DNA of 64,000 nt. Source: an uncultured Acidimicrobiia bacterium (GTDB lineage Bacteria > Actinomycetota > Acidimicrobiia > Spongiisociales > UBA5794). The DNA is taken from positions 97,297-161,296 of the forward strand of contig CAWIBM010000004.1 in assembly GCA_963834375.1 (NCBI GenBank), read 5' to 3'. Below the pieces are notes generated by a model. The model had not been told where the DNA came from, made no database searches, and was given only the letters and a program-made list of their open reading frames with translations. The translations under genes and the position numbers were made by a program. Below, piece by piece: positions 53,164-64,000 of this stretch (the stretch's first letter is position 1; each line of letters opens with the position of its first letter).

Positions 53164-53394
53164 TCAACGCCACATCCACGTCAAGGTGAAGGTGGTGACG
53201 GCGAAGGCCACGGCGACGATCACGGTGAGGCGGTCGAGGTTTCGCTCGACCACCGTCGATCCCGAATAGCTGCCACTCATCCCCCCACCGAACATGTCGG
53301 AGACCCCGCCACCACGTCCGGCATGAAGCAGGATGAGGAAGATCAGAGCCAGAGAGACGACCGCATGCAACGCCGCAACGATTCCGGCCAGCAA
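53164..53394 (-). CDS. secG: preprotein translocase subunit SecG
   Basis: LIFLILLHAGRGGGVSDMFGGG..GSTVVERNLDRLT. Confidence 0.92.
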   Translation of the reverse strand: MLAGIVAALHAVVSLALIFLILLHAGRGGGVSDMFGGGMSGSYSGSTVVERNLDRLTVIVAVAFAVTTFTLTWMWR

Positions 53395-53514
53395 GGAGTG
53401 CCCTTTCTCCAAGGCCGCCCTCTTGCGAGCGCGGTCCTGTGGGCAAAGTATCGCCGCCCTTCCGCGCCTAAGCAAGTCCGCACCAGAACCTTCCAGACGT
53501 CCCCGGGGGCGGGC

Positions 53515-54279
53515 TCAAGGTACCGAGGAGGCCTGGCGGGCGACGGCGGCGGCGGCCGCTTCGACCGCCGCAGGGTCGCCCAGGTACCGTGACGACACCT
53601 TCCGCAGATCGGCGTCGAGCTCGTACACCAGGGGAACGCCGGTGGGGATGTTCAGGTCTACCACCTCGGCGTCGGTGAGCCCGTCGAGGTGCTTGACCAG
53701 GGCGCGCAGGCTGTTGCCGTGGGCCGCCACCAGCACCCGTCGGCCACGGCGTATGTCGGGCACGATGGCGTCGTACCAGTAAGGGAGCATCCGGTCGACC
53801 ACGTCGGCCAGGCATTCCGTGGCCGGCAGGAGCTCCGGGGGCATCCACGAGTACCGGGGGTCGTTGCCGGGATGGCGATCATCTCCCGGGTCGAGGGCCG
53901 GCGGGGGCACGTCGTACGAGCGTCGCCACAGCAAGACCTGTTCACCACCGTGCAGGTGGGACGTCTCGACCTTGTCCAACCCCTGGAGCGCTCCATAGTG
54001 CCGTTCGTTGAGGCGCCAGTGCTTCTTCTCCTCGATCCACCCCAGGTCCATGACGTCGAGGGCGATGTGGGCGGTGTCGATGGCCCGGCGGAGCAGCGAG
54101 GTGTGCACCACGTCGAACCCGAGCCCGGCCTCGATGAGCAGCCGGCCTGCGTACGCGGCCTCCTCCCGGCCCTGGTCGGTGAGCGGCACGTCGGTCCACC
54201 CGGTGAAGATGTTCTCCAGGTTCCAGGTGCTCTGCCCGTGCCGGAGCAGGACCAGCGTCGAAGTCGTCGCACCGGCCAC
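53515..54279 (-). CDS. gpmA: 2,3-BPG-dependent phosphoglycerate mutase
   Basis: [58 protein letters not shown]. Confidence 0.97.
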   Translation of the reverse strand: MAGATTSTLVLLRHGQSTWNLENIFTGWTDVPLTDQGREEAAYAGRLLIEAGLGFDVVHTSLLRRAIDTAHIALDVMDLGWIEEKKHWRLNERHYGALQGLDKVETSHLHGGEQVLLWRRSYDVPPPALDPGDDRHPGNDPRYSWMPPELLPATECLADVVDRMLPYWYDAIVPDIRRGRRVLVAAHGNSLRALVKHLDGLTDAEVVDLNIPTGVPLVYELDADLRKVSSRYLGDPAAVEAAAAAVARQASSVP

Positions 54280-54345
54280 GGCGTCAGTGTGGGCCGCGCC
54301 GGCGCCGGAGGGCAAGTCGACGGGAAGAAGACGCGGCGGAGCCGT

Positions 54346-54747
54346 CTACCAGCCGGCGGCCTCGTCAGGGATCTCCACGGTGAACCGGGTGCGACGGAGC
54401 TGCCAGGTCGCGGTGCGGAGCCCGGACCACGACCCGAGCCGCGGCAGCATCTTGTACTCGGCCTCATTCGGGAAGAGACCGTCGTGGTAGGCCGCCGCAT
54501 CGCGGATCACGTCACCGAGCACCGATCTGGCCTCCGCCTCGGCTCCCGCCTTGCCCGACCCCGCCACCGTGAACCGGACGAACACCCGGCCGGTGTCGAC
54601 GTCGGTGGTGAAGTAGGGGTCGACCACCCGGCTCTGCTGGGAGAGTCGCGTCTGCACGGCCTCGACGTGCGCCAGCAGCGAGTCGATGTCATCCCCCCAA
54701 GGCATTCGGCGCGTGACGGCGAACTCGAAGAGCGCCTCGACCCGCAT
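54346..54747 (-). CDS. hypothetical protein (about 133 aa)
   Basis: Coding-like ORF between tpiA and gpmA; no recognisable motif. Confidence 0.55.
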   Translation of the reverse strand: MRVEALFEFAVTRRMPWGDDIDSLLAHVEAVQTRLSQQSRVVDPYFTTDVDTGRVFVRFTVAGSGKAGAEAEARSVLGDVIRDAAAYHDGLFPNEAEYKMLPRLGSWSGLRTATWQLRRTRFTVEIPDEAAGW

Positions 54748-54893
54748 TTCCCCCCACGTTTCTGTCCCCACCAACATGCTCACCACTTGAACCGCCTCCC
54801 CTTCAACCTCTGCGGATCATGGCACTTGTGATTATCCGGGCGGCACGAAGGGGCCGCAATGGGTCGGCAAACCCAAAGCAACGGGGGGTTCGG

Positions 54894-55673
54894 TCACACC
54901 CAGTAACGGACGATGGCGGCGAACTGGTCGGGGTCCAGCGAGGCCCCGCCCACCAGGCCGCCGTCGATGTCGTCCTTGGCCATCAGGCCGGCGATGTTGC
55001 CCGGGTTGACCGAGCCGCCGTAGAGGATCCTGGTCTGCTCGGCGGCGTCGCCCCAGCGGCCGGTGATCGTCCGCCGCACCAGCGAGGCCATCGCCCCGGC
55101 GTCGTCGGCGGAGGCGGTGCGACCGGTGCCGATGGCCCAGATCGGCTCGTAGGCGACGACCAGCCCGGCGACGGCGGTGGCGTCGAGCCCGGCCAGTGAC
55201 GCGGCCAGCTGCTCGGTGACGATCGCTTCCGCCTCGCCCGCCTCACGCTGCTCCAAGGTCTCCCCGACGCAGACGATCGGGGTCATCCCGGCGGCGATGA
55301 CCGCCTTCGCCTTGCGGTTGACGATGTCATCGGACTCACCGAACAACTGGCGGCGCTCGGAGTGCCCGGCGATGACGTACCGCACCGAGAGCTTGGCGAG
55401 CATTCCCGGGCTCACCTCGCCGGTGAACGCCCCCGACTCCTCGAAGTGGCAGTTCTGCGCTCCCAGCCGGACCAGCAGGTGGTCGGCCTCGATCACCGTC
55501 TGTGCAGAGCGCAATGCGGTGAACGGCGGACACACCACGACGTCGACCCTGTCGTAGTCCCCGGAGTCGAGCCGGTAGCTGAGCTTCTGCACCATCTGGA
55601 TCGCCTCGAGGTGTGAGGCGTTCATCTTCCAGTTGCCGGCGATCAGGTTCTTGCGGAGCGCCCGTTCGCTCAT
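54894..55673 (-). CDS. tpiA: triosephosphate isomerase
   Basis: AGNWKMN, GAFTGE, GHSERR, AYEPIWAIGTG, YGGSV, LVGGASL. Confidence 0.98.
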   Translation of the reverse strand: MSERALRKNLIAGNWKMNASHLEAIQMVQKLSYRLDSGDYDRVDVVVCPPFTALRSAQTVIEADHLLVRLGAQNCHFEESGAFTGEVSPGMLAKLSVRYVIAGHSERRQLFGESDDIVNRKAKAVIAAGMTPIVCVGETLEQREAGEAEAIVTEQLAASLAGLDATAVAGLVVAYEPIWAIGTGRTASADDAGAMASLVRRTITGRWGDAAEQTRILYGGSVNPGNIAGLMAKDDIDGGLVGGASLDPDQFAAIVRYWV

Positions 55674-56847
55674 GGCGTGGTGCGCTCGAGGGCGGCGATC
55701 CCAGGGAGCTGCTTGCCCTCGAGCATCTCCAGGCCGGCGCCACCCCCGGTGGATACGTGGCTGAAGCGGTCCTCCAGCCCGAGCCGGCGGACGGCGGCGA
55801 CGCTGTCACCGCCGCCGACCACGGTGAACCCACGGCAGGCGGCCACCACGGCCGCCAGGGCATCGGTCCCGATTCGGAACGACGCCCACTCGAACACCCC
55901 CATCGGGCCGTTCCAGAACACGGCGCCTGCACGAGCGACCTCGTCGGTGAAGAGCTCGACGGTCGCCGGGCCGATGTCGAGGCCGACCTGGCCGGCCTCG
56001 ATGGCGTGGGCGCGGACGGTGTCGGGGGTGGCGTCCTCGGCGAAGCGATCGGCGACCACGACGTCGAGGGGGAGCACGATCTTGTCGCCGTGCTCGGCGA
56101 GGAGCTCGCCCACTTCACCGATGCGATCGGCGTCCACCAGCGACGACCCGACCTCCAGCCCGCGGGCGGCGAGCAGCGTGAAGCACATCCCACCGCCGAT
56201 GAGCATCCGGTCGACCCTGGGCAGCAGGTGGCGCATCACTCCCAGCTTGTCCGCCACCTTGGCCCCGCCCAGCACCACGACGTACGGTCGGGGCGGGTCG
56301 GTGAGCAACCGCGAGAGCGCGTCGACCTCGGCGGCGAGCAGTGGCCCGGCCGCCGAGGGCATCAGCTCGGCGACGCCGACGGTCGAGGCGTGGGCGCGGT
56401 GCGCCGACCCGAAGGCGTCGAGGACGAAGCCGTCGGCCAGCTCGGCCAGGGCGGCGGCCAGCGCCGGGTCGTTCTCGGTCTCCCCCGGCTCGTACCGGGT
56501 GTTCTCGAGGACGGCGACGGTGTCACCGGGAACCGCGGAGACGGCTGCGGTGACATCCGGGCCGGCGACGCCGTCGATCTGGGTCACCGGGAACCCCGAC
56601 AGCTCCCCCAACCTCGCCGTCACCGGCGCCATGCTGAATGTCGGGGTCGCGCCCCCCCGGCCTGCCCAGATGGGAGCACACCACCGCCTTCCCGCCCGCC
56701 TCTCGCACCTGGCGGATGGCAGGGATCGACGAGACGATCCGGTAGTCGTCGCCCACCGCCCCCTCGTCGAGCGGCACGTTGAGGTCGGAGCGGATCGAGG
56801 ATCGTCCGTCCCGCGATCTCCAGGCTGTCGATGCCGGGGAGCGCCAC
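55670..56847 (-). CDS. pgk: phosphoglycerate kinase (2-3 apparent frameshifts at 56640-56810)
   Basis: N-terminal pieces MALPGI, RSDLNVPL, SHLGRP in different frames; the rest is intact (LENTRY, DAFGSAHRAHAS, WNGPMGVFE, GGGDS, STGGGA). Confidence 0.93.
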
Positions 56848-56848
56848 G

Positions 56849-58850
<2,002 letters not shown>

Positions 58851-58854
<4 letters not shown>

Positions 58855-59753
58855 CGTCCCCTCACGGCGTGACGCCGGCTTCCCCGAGGGTCGCGGTGCA
58901 GCACGCTGACCTCGACCCCCTCGCCGCTGAGCACGTCGGCCAGCCGGGCGGCGATGGCCACCGACCGGTGCTTGCCGCCGGTGCAGCCGATCCCGATGGT
59001 CAGGTACTTCTTCCCCTCGGCCTCGTAGCGGGGCACGAGGAACACCAGGAGGTCGATGATGCGATCGAAGAACACCTTGGCGTCCTCGGTGGAGAACACG
59101 TACTCGTCGACATCGGGGTCGAGCCCGGTCTGGGGGCGGAGCTCGGCCACCCAGTGCGGGTTGGGGAGGAAGCGGGCGTCGAAGAGGAGGTCGACGACGC
59201 GGGGAACGCCGTGCTTGAACCCGAACGAGATGAGGGCGATGTGCATGGCGGGGTCGGTGCGCTCGATGGCGAAGGCACTCTCCAGCGTTCGGCGCAGCTC
59301 GTGCACGTTGAGGTCGGTGGTGTCGACGATGATGTCCGACATCCCGCGGATCTCGACGAACGATCGGCGCTCGGCGGCGATGGACTCGGCCAGCGACTCC
59401 GCCTGGATGGGATGGCTGCGCCGGGTCTCCTCGAAGCGGCGGGCGAGGACGGCGTCGTCGGCGTCGAGGAACAGCACCGTGGTCTTCGCTCCCCTGCTCA
59501 GCAGACCCTTCACGGCTGCATCGAGATCCTCGGCGGTGACTCCTCCTCGGGTGTCGACCACCAGCCCCATCCGGGGATACCGCCCTTCGACGAGGCCCAC
59601 CCGGTCGACCACGTCGGTGATCAGCGTCGGCGGCAGGTTGTCGACAACGAAGTAGCCGAGATCTTCGAGCACGGCGGCCGCCTGGGAGCGTCCCGCTCCC
59701 GACATCCCGGTGATCACGATCACCTCTGGCACCACGCCGGGCGGTGGGGTCAT
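58851..59753 (-). CDS. rapZ: RNase adapter RapZ (YvcJ) P-loop protein
   Basis: ITGMSGAGRS, VDNLPP, SFGFKHGVP, DARFLPNPHW, IGCTGGKHRSV. Confidence 0.95.
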
Positions 59754-61591
59754 CTCGCTGCCGATCCGCTGTGGAGCACTCTAAAGACCTCCTCGGCGAC
59801 CGCCGCGGGCACCACCTCGGCCAGGTCCTCCTCCGACGCCGCCCTCATGCGCTTGATCGACCCGAAGCGGCGAAGCAGGTCCTTCTTCCGGGTCGGCCCG
59901 ACGCCGGGTATGCCGTCGAGGAGCGATCCGGTCATGCGCCGGCCACGCAGCGTCCGGTGGTAGGTGATGGCGAAGCGATGCGCCTCGTCGCGGACCCGCT
60001 GCAGGAGGTACAGCGCCTCCTCCCCGCGGGGGATCACCACCGGGTCGGCCATCCCGGGGAGGTAGACCTCCTCGAGCCGCTTGGCGAGCCCGACCACCGG
60101 GATGTCGAGCTCGAGCTCGGCGAGCACGCCGACGGCTCTGCCCAGCTGACCGACGCCGCCGTCGATCACCACCAACGAGGGCTCGTAGGCGAAGCGGCCC
60201 CGCTCACCGACGGGCTGGCGGCGCGCGGCGAGCAGCGCGGTGAAGCGTCGCCGCAGCACCTCCTCCATGGCGGCGAAATCGTCCTGCCCGTCCACCGTCC
60301 GCACCTTGAACCTGCGGTAGTCGGCGACCTTGGGGAGCCCGTCCTCGAAGACGACCATCGAGCCAACGGTGTCCCTGCCCTGGATGGTCGAGATGTCGTA
60401 GCACTCGATCCGGAGCGGAGGCCGGTCGATGTCGAGCAGTACCTGCAGGCTGCGCAACGCCCACGCTCTGGCGTTGTGGTCGGCGCTGCGGCGTAGCCGG
60501 TGGCGGGCGAACTCCTCGCGGGCGTTGGCGGTCGCCGTCTCCATGAGGCGACGCTTGGCACCCCGTTGCGGTCGCCGGATGCGCACCGTCGAGCCGCGGA
60601 AACGGCCGAGCACTTCCTCCCACAGCTCGAGGTCGTCGGGCTGTTCGGAGACCAGCACCGTCGACGGCGGCACGTCGATGTCGTAGAGCCTGCCGAGCAG
60701 GACGCCAACGAGCTCGCCCGAGGTGAGGTCCTCGACCTTGTCGAGCACCGTCGTCCGGTGCCCGGTGACCCTCCCCTTCGTCACCCGGAGAACCACCAGG
60801 ACCGCCTCGAGGTCGTCCTCCTCCACCGCCACCAGGTCGAAGGTCTCCGGGCGGTCGGAAACCAGCTCCTGGCGGGCCAGCGCCTTCTCCACCGCGGTGG
60901 CCTGGTCGCGCAATCGGGCGGCGACCTCGTACTCCTGGCGCGAGGCGGCGTCCTCCATCTCGGTGCGGAGCCGGCTGACCGCATCGTCGCGGTCGCCGTC
61001 GAGGAAGGCGGCGAGCCCGTCGACATATCCCTGGTACCGCTCGGGGGTCACCTCCCCCACGCACGGACCGGAACACCGCTCGATGTGGAACAACAGGCAG
61101 GGCCGGCCGATGCCCTGGTGGGTGCGGAACTTGCTGTCGGTGCACGTTCGGACCGGGAAGGTGCGGAGCAGCAGGTCGAGCGTCTGGCGGATGGCGTAGG
61201 CATGGGCGTAGGGCCCGAAGTACTCGACGCCCTTGCGTCGCCTTCCCCGCATGACGAGGGCCCGGGGCCACTCCTGGTCGCGGGTGATGGCGAGATAGGG
61301 GAAGCTCTTGTCGTCGCGGAGCCGGACGTTGAACCGGGAACGGTGCTCCTTGACCAGGGTGTGCTCGAGCATGAGCGCCGCCACCTCGCTCTCGGTGACG
61401 ATCCAGTCGACCGAGACGGCCGACTCGACCATCGCCCTGGTCCGGAGCGGCAGGTCGGCGGACCAGTACTGCGGCACCCGTTTCCGGAGCGATTTCGCCT
61501 TGCCGACGTACAGCACCCCGCCGTTGACGTCTCTGAAGAGATAGACGCCCGGCGTGTCGGGAACGGTGGAGGTGTCCGGCCGGTCGATCAC
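59750..61591 (-). CDS. uvrC: excinuclease ABC subunit C
   Basis: GIY-YIG (PGVYLF..YVGKAKSLRKR), RDDKSFPY, UVR domain, RIECYDIS, DGG.GQL, RDEAHRFAITYHR, HhH. Confidence 0.97.
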   Translation of the reverse strand: MIDRPDTSTVPDTPGVYLFRDVNGGVLYVGKAKSLRKRVPQYWSADLPLRTRAMVESAVSVDWIVTESEVAALMLEHTLVKEHRSRFNVRLRDDKSFPYLAITRDQEWPRALVMRGRRRKGVEYFGPYAHAYAIRQTLDLLLRTFPVRTCTDSKFRTHQGIGRPCLLFHIERCSGPCVGEVTPERYQGYVDGLAAFLDGDRDDAVSRLRTEMEDAASRQEYEVAARLRDQATAVEKALARQELVSDRPETFDLVAVEEDDLEAVLVVLRVTKGRVTGHRTTVLDKVEDLTSGELVGVLLGRLYDIDVPPSTVLVSEQPDDLELWEEVLGRFRGSTVRIRRPQRGAKRRLMETATANAREEFARHRLRRSADHNARAWALRSLQVLLDIDRPPLRIECYDISTIQGRDTVGSMVVFEDGLPKVADYRRFKVRTVDGQDDFAAMEEVLRRRFTALLAARRQPVGERGRFAYEPSLVVIDGGVGQLGRAVGVLAELELDIPVVGLAKRLEEVYLPGMADPVVIPRGEEALYLLQRVRDEAHRFAITYHRTLRGRRMTGSLLDGIPGVGPTRKKDLLRRFGSIKRMRAASEEDLAEVVPAAVAEEVFRVLHSGSAAR

Positions 61592-61594
61592 ACC

Positions 61595-61611
61595 GTGATT
61601 CTAAGAATCAC
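61595..61611. promoter_or_regulatory. perfect palindrome GTGATTCT-A-AGAATCAC overlapping the TAGAAT -10 of uvrC
   Basis: 8-1-8 AT-rich inverted repeat ending 3 nt before the GTG; the minus strand reads TAGAAT-cacggt-GTG. Confidence 0.6.
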
Positions 61612-61678
61612 CCGGGTTCTTCCCCGCCCGGCCGGTGTCTCCGGGGGCACGGGGGGCGAGGCCCCCGTGTGACGCGAA

Positions 61679-61710
61679 GAGTCCCTACCTAGCGGAGTAG
61701 GTAGGGACTC
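61679..61710. terminator. perfect 13-bp hairpin between methyltransferase and uvrC
   Basis: GAGTCCCTACCTA-gcggag-TAGGTAGGGACTC. Confidence 0.7.
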
Positions 61711-61799
61711 ACCGCATCGCCCCCCAGAGTGTGTGACACCACGCCCCCCGACGTGTTGCCGATCACTGCTCACAGATTGGACCCAACGGCGCCTATTGG

Positions 61800-62553
61800 C
61801 TATGGGTCGGGCGTCCCTATCTTTGCCAGTGGCTTCCGCCACAATTCCTCCAGTGGCTTCCGCCAACGGAACCCGGCGAGACGGGGGAACCCCTCCTGAC
61901 CCTCGTAGCCGGGCATCCCGGCGAGCGTCTCGCTGCCCAGGGGCCGCTCGACCAGCGTCTCCAGCACCCAACCGGCAGCGGCGGCGACGGTGAGCAGCTC
62001 CCCGAGCTGGCGATGGTGGAAGGTGACCGTCGGCCCGCCGATGTCGGTGGGGACGGGGCCTGAAGAGAAATAGGTTCCCCACCGCCACAGAACCTCACCG
62101 TCGGCGAAACCGGTGATCGGGGCGGCCCCTTCGGCGGTGAACACCGGGTGGTTGGCGACGACCACCATCACCCCACCGGGCCGCACCGTCGCGGTAGGCC
62201 GCGTCGAACAGTGCGGAGAGATCTTCGATGTGCTCGATCATCAGGACGGCGTAGACGCCGCCGAGGACATCCCCGGCCAGCCAGTCGAGCGCCGGGAGGC
62301 GCGCCCGCACGACGGGGGCGGTGGCCGATGCCCGTGCCGCCAGCTCTGCGCTGGCGTCGACGCCGACGAGCGGGACGGCGGAACCGGCCAGCCCCCTCAG
62401 GACCCGGCCCTCGCCACAGCCCAGGTCGAGGAGCGGGCCGGGGACGCCCTCGACCAACTCCACCGCCAGGGGCAGGACGTCGGAGGCGAAGGCGGGGTCG
62501 GCGACGGCCTCGCCGGCCCACCAGCCGGCGAGGTCGTCCCACTCGGCGGTCAC
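61800..62553 (-). CDS. class I SAM-dependent methyltransferase, one apparent frameshift near 62194
   Basis: LLDLGCGEG, VGVDAS, LMIEHIEDL, then in the next frame VRPGGVMVVVANHPVF...FHHRQLGELL. Confidence 0.82.
61826..61865. repeat. 16-bp direct repeat with 24-bp period
   Basis: CCAGTGGCTTCCGCCA at 61826-61841 and 61850-61865, 8-nt spacer; encodes WRKPL twice. Confidence 0.9.
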
Positions 62554-62584
62554 CGCCGGCCCGGCGGGGACCGGTGGTGGCGGC

Positions 62585-64000
62585 TCATCGGGGCGCCCCG
62601 ACCAGGTGGGAGAGGAACTTACCGGTGTACGACCCGGCGGTGGCGGCGACTTCCTCCGGGGTTCCTTCGGCGACGACGCGGCCACCCTCTCCCCCGCCCT
62701 CGGGCCCCAGGTCGATCACCCAGTCGGCCGACTTCACCACGTCCAGGTTGTGCTCGATCACCACCACCGTGTTCCCTTGGTCGACCAGCCGCTGCAGCAC
62801 CTCGAGCAGCTTGCGCACGTCCTCGAAGTGGAGGCCCGTCGTCGGCTCGTCGAGGATGTAGAAGGTCCGCCCAGTGGAGCGCTTCCCCAGCTCGGACGAC
62901 AGCTTCACCCGCTGCGCCTCACCACCCGACAGCGTCGGCGCCGGCTGCCCGAGGCGGATGTAGCCGAGCCCGACGTCGTACAGCGTCTGCAGGATGCGGG
63001 CGATCCCGGGCTGATGCTCGAAGAAATGCAGCCCCTCCTCGATCGACATGTCGAGCACGTCGGCGATGGAGTGGCCCTTGAACTGCACCTGGAGCGTCTC
63101 GCGGTTGTACCGCCGGCCCTTGCAGGTGTCACATGGGATGTACACGTCGGGGAGGAAGTGCATCTCGATGCGCAGCGTGCCGTCACCCTTGCAGGTCTCG
63201 CACCGGCCCCCGGCCACGTTGAAGGAGAACCGGCCCGGCTGGTACCCCCGCATCCGGGCGTCGGGTGTGGCGGCGTAGAGCTGTCGGATGCGGTCGAAGG
63301 CCTTGGTGTACGTCGCCGGGTTCGACCGGGGGGTTCGGCCGATCGGCGACTGGTCGATGTTGATCACCTTGTCGATCTGCTCGACGCCGGTGAGCCGTCG
63401 GTGCCTGCCCGGTTGCGCCCGGGAGCCGTGCAGGGCGTTGTGCAGCGCCTTGGACAGGATGTCCTCTACCAGGGTCGACTTCCCGGAGCCGGACACCCCG
63501 GTCACCGCGGTCAGCACGCCGAGCGGGAAGGCGACATCGATGCCGTCCAGGTTGTTCTCGACGGCGCCGATCACCTCGATCGCCTCGCCGGTCCCCTTGC
63601 GGCGGTGCTCCGGGACCGGGATCGACCGGCGCCCGGCCAGGTAGTCGCCGGTGATGGAGGTGGGCTCGGCCACGATGTCCGCCAGCGAGCCCTCGGCCAC
63701 GATCGCCCCGCCGTGCTCACCCGCACCGGGCCCGATGTCGACGACATGGTCGGCGATGCGGATGGTCTCCTCGTCGTGCTCGACCACGATCAGGGTGTTG
63801 CCCAGGTCCCGCAACCTGAGCAGGGTCTCGATGAGGCGGTGGTTGTCCCGCTGGTGGAGCCCGATCGACGGCTCGTCGAGGATGTAGAGCACCCCCACCA
63901 GGCCGGAGCCGATCTGGGTGGCCAGCCTGATCCGCTGCGCCTCCCCGCCGGCCAGCGTCGCCGCCGACCGCATCAGCGTCAGGTACTCCAGGCCGACGTC
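62585..64000 (-). CDS. uvrA: excinuclease ABC subunit A, C-terminal part (5' truncated by window)
   Basis: [69 protein letters not shown]. Confidence 0.98.
   Translation of the reverse strand, partial: DVGLEYLTLMRSAATLAGGEAQRIRLATQIGSGLVGVLYILDEPSIGLHQRDNHRLIETLLRLRDLGNTLIVVEHDEETIRIADHVVDIGPGAGEHGGAIVAEGSLADIVAEPTSITGDYLAGRRSIPVPEHRRKGTGEAIEVIGAVENNLDGIDVAFPLGVLTAVTGVSGSGKSTLVEDILSKALHNALHGSRAQPGRHRRLTGVEQIDKVINIDQSPIGRTPRSNPATYTKAFDRIRQLYAATPDARMRGYQPGRFSFNVAGGRCETCKGDGTLRIEMHFLPDVYIPCDTCKGRRYNRETLQVQFKGHSIADVLDMSIEEGLHFFEHQPGIARILQTLYDVGLGYIRLGQPAPTLSGGEAQRVKLSSELGKRSTGRTFYILDEPTTGLHFEDVRKLLEVLQRLVDQGNTVVVIEHNLDVVKSADWVIDLGPEGGGEGGRVVAEGTPEEVAATAGSYTGKFLSHLVGAPR

Noticed and set aside
62550-62588. 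12-codon [15 protein letters not shown] bridging the uvrA stop (ATGA) and the methyltransferase start (GTGA)
   Set aside because: It could be a coupling peptide, but an indel in the methyltransferase N-terminus or chance explains it equally well; there is no independent evidence.

Overview
High-GC actinobacterial chromosome segment; gene content and order suggest Acidimicrobiia (inference). It is mostly housekeeping, with most genes on the minus strand. (1) 1-11.6 kb: 3' end of ispH (+), then cmk, aroA, rluB, scpB, scpA, an HD-domain gene, a DksA/TraR-like gene, xerD, nudF, pyrG, recN and nadK. (2) 11.6-19 kb: rhomboid, HAD-IIA hydrolase, serB, a DegT-M20-GNAT cluster, DUF4193 and a DAG-kinase-like gene. 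(3) 19-24.5 kb: plus-strand operon DUF4331 - TPR - His-rich RcnA/NiCoT-type protein - SigK-like ECF sigma - RskA-like anti-sigma, preceded by a SigK-type promoter. (4) 24.6-38.3 kb: complete Pup-proteasome locus (trmI, arc, dop, pup, prcBA, pafA, pafBC, tatA/B, tatC, helY). (5) 38.3-41.1 kb: small membrane proteins and an ArfA/ArfB-like BON-OmpA pair. (6) 41.2-45.9 kb: accessory islet at the 3' side of tRNA-Leu(GAG), with DUF222-HNH, SRPBCC, isochorismatase, VOC, a 43-aa lipoprotein, a structured non-coding stretch, DinB and a possible integrase remnant. (7) 46.9-53.1 kb: oligopeptide ABC operon with many frameshifts. (8) 53-64 kb: secG, gpmA, tpiA, pgk, gap, yvcK, rapZ, uvrC, a methyltransferase and the 3' part of uvrA; whiA is missing from its usual position. 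Many single-base indels, including in pgk, point to sequencing or consensus errors rather than true pseudogenes. No CRISPR array, rRNA or intact mobile element was seen. Best leads: the SigK-controlled DUF4331 metal-handling operon; a shared TGTCAC-N10-(-10) PafBC-like promoter before both the recN operon and the DUF222-HNH gene (the latter also has a LexA box); and structured or palindromic non-coding regions at 44.6-44.9 kb and 61.6-61.8 kb.
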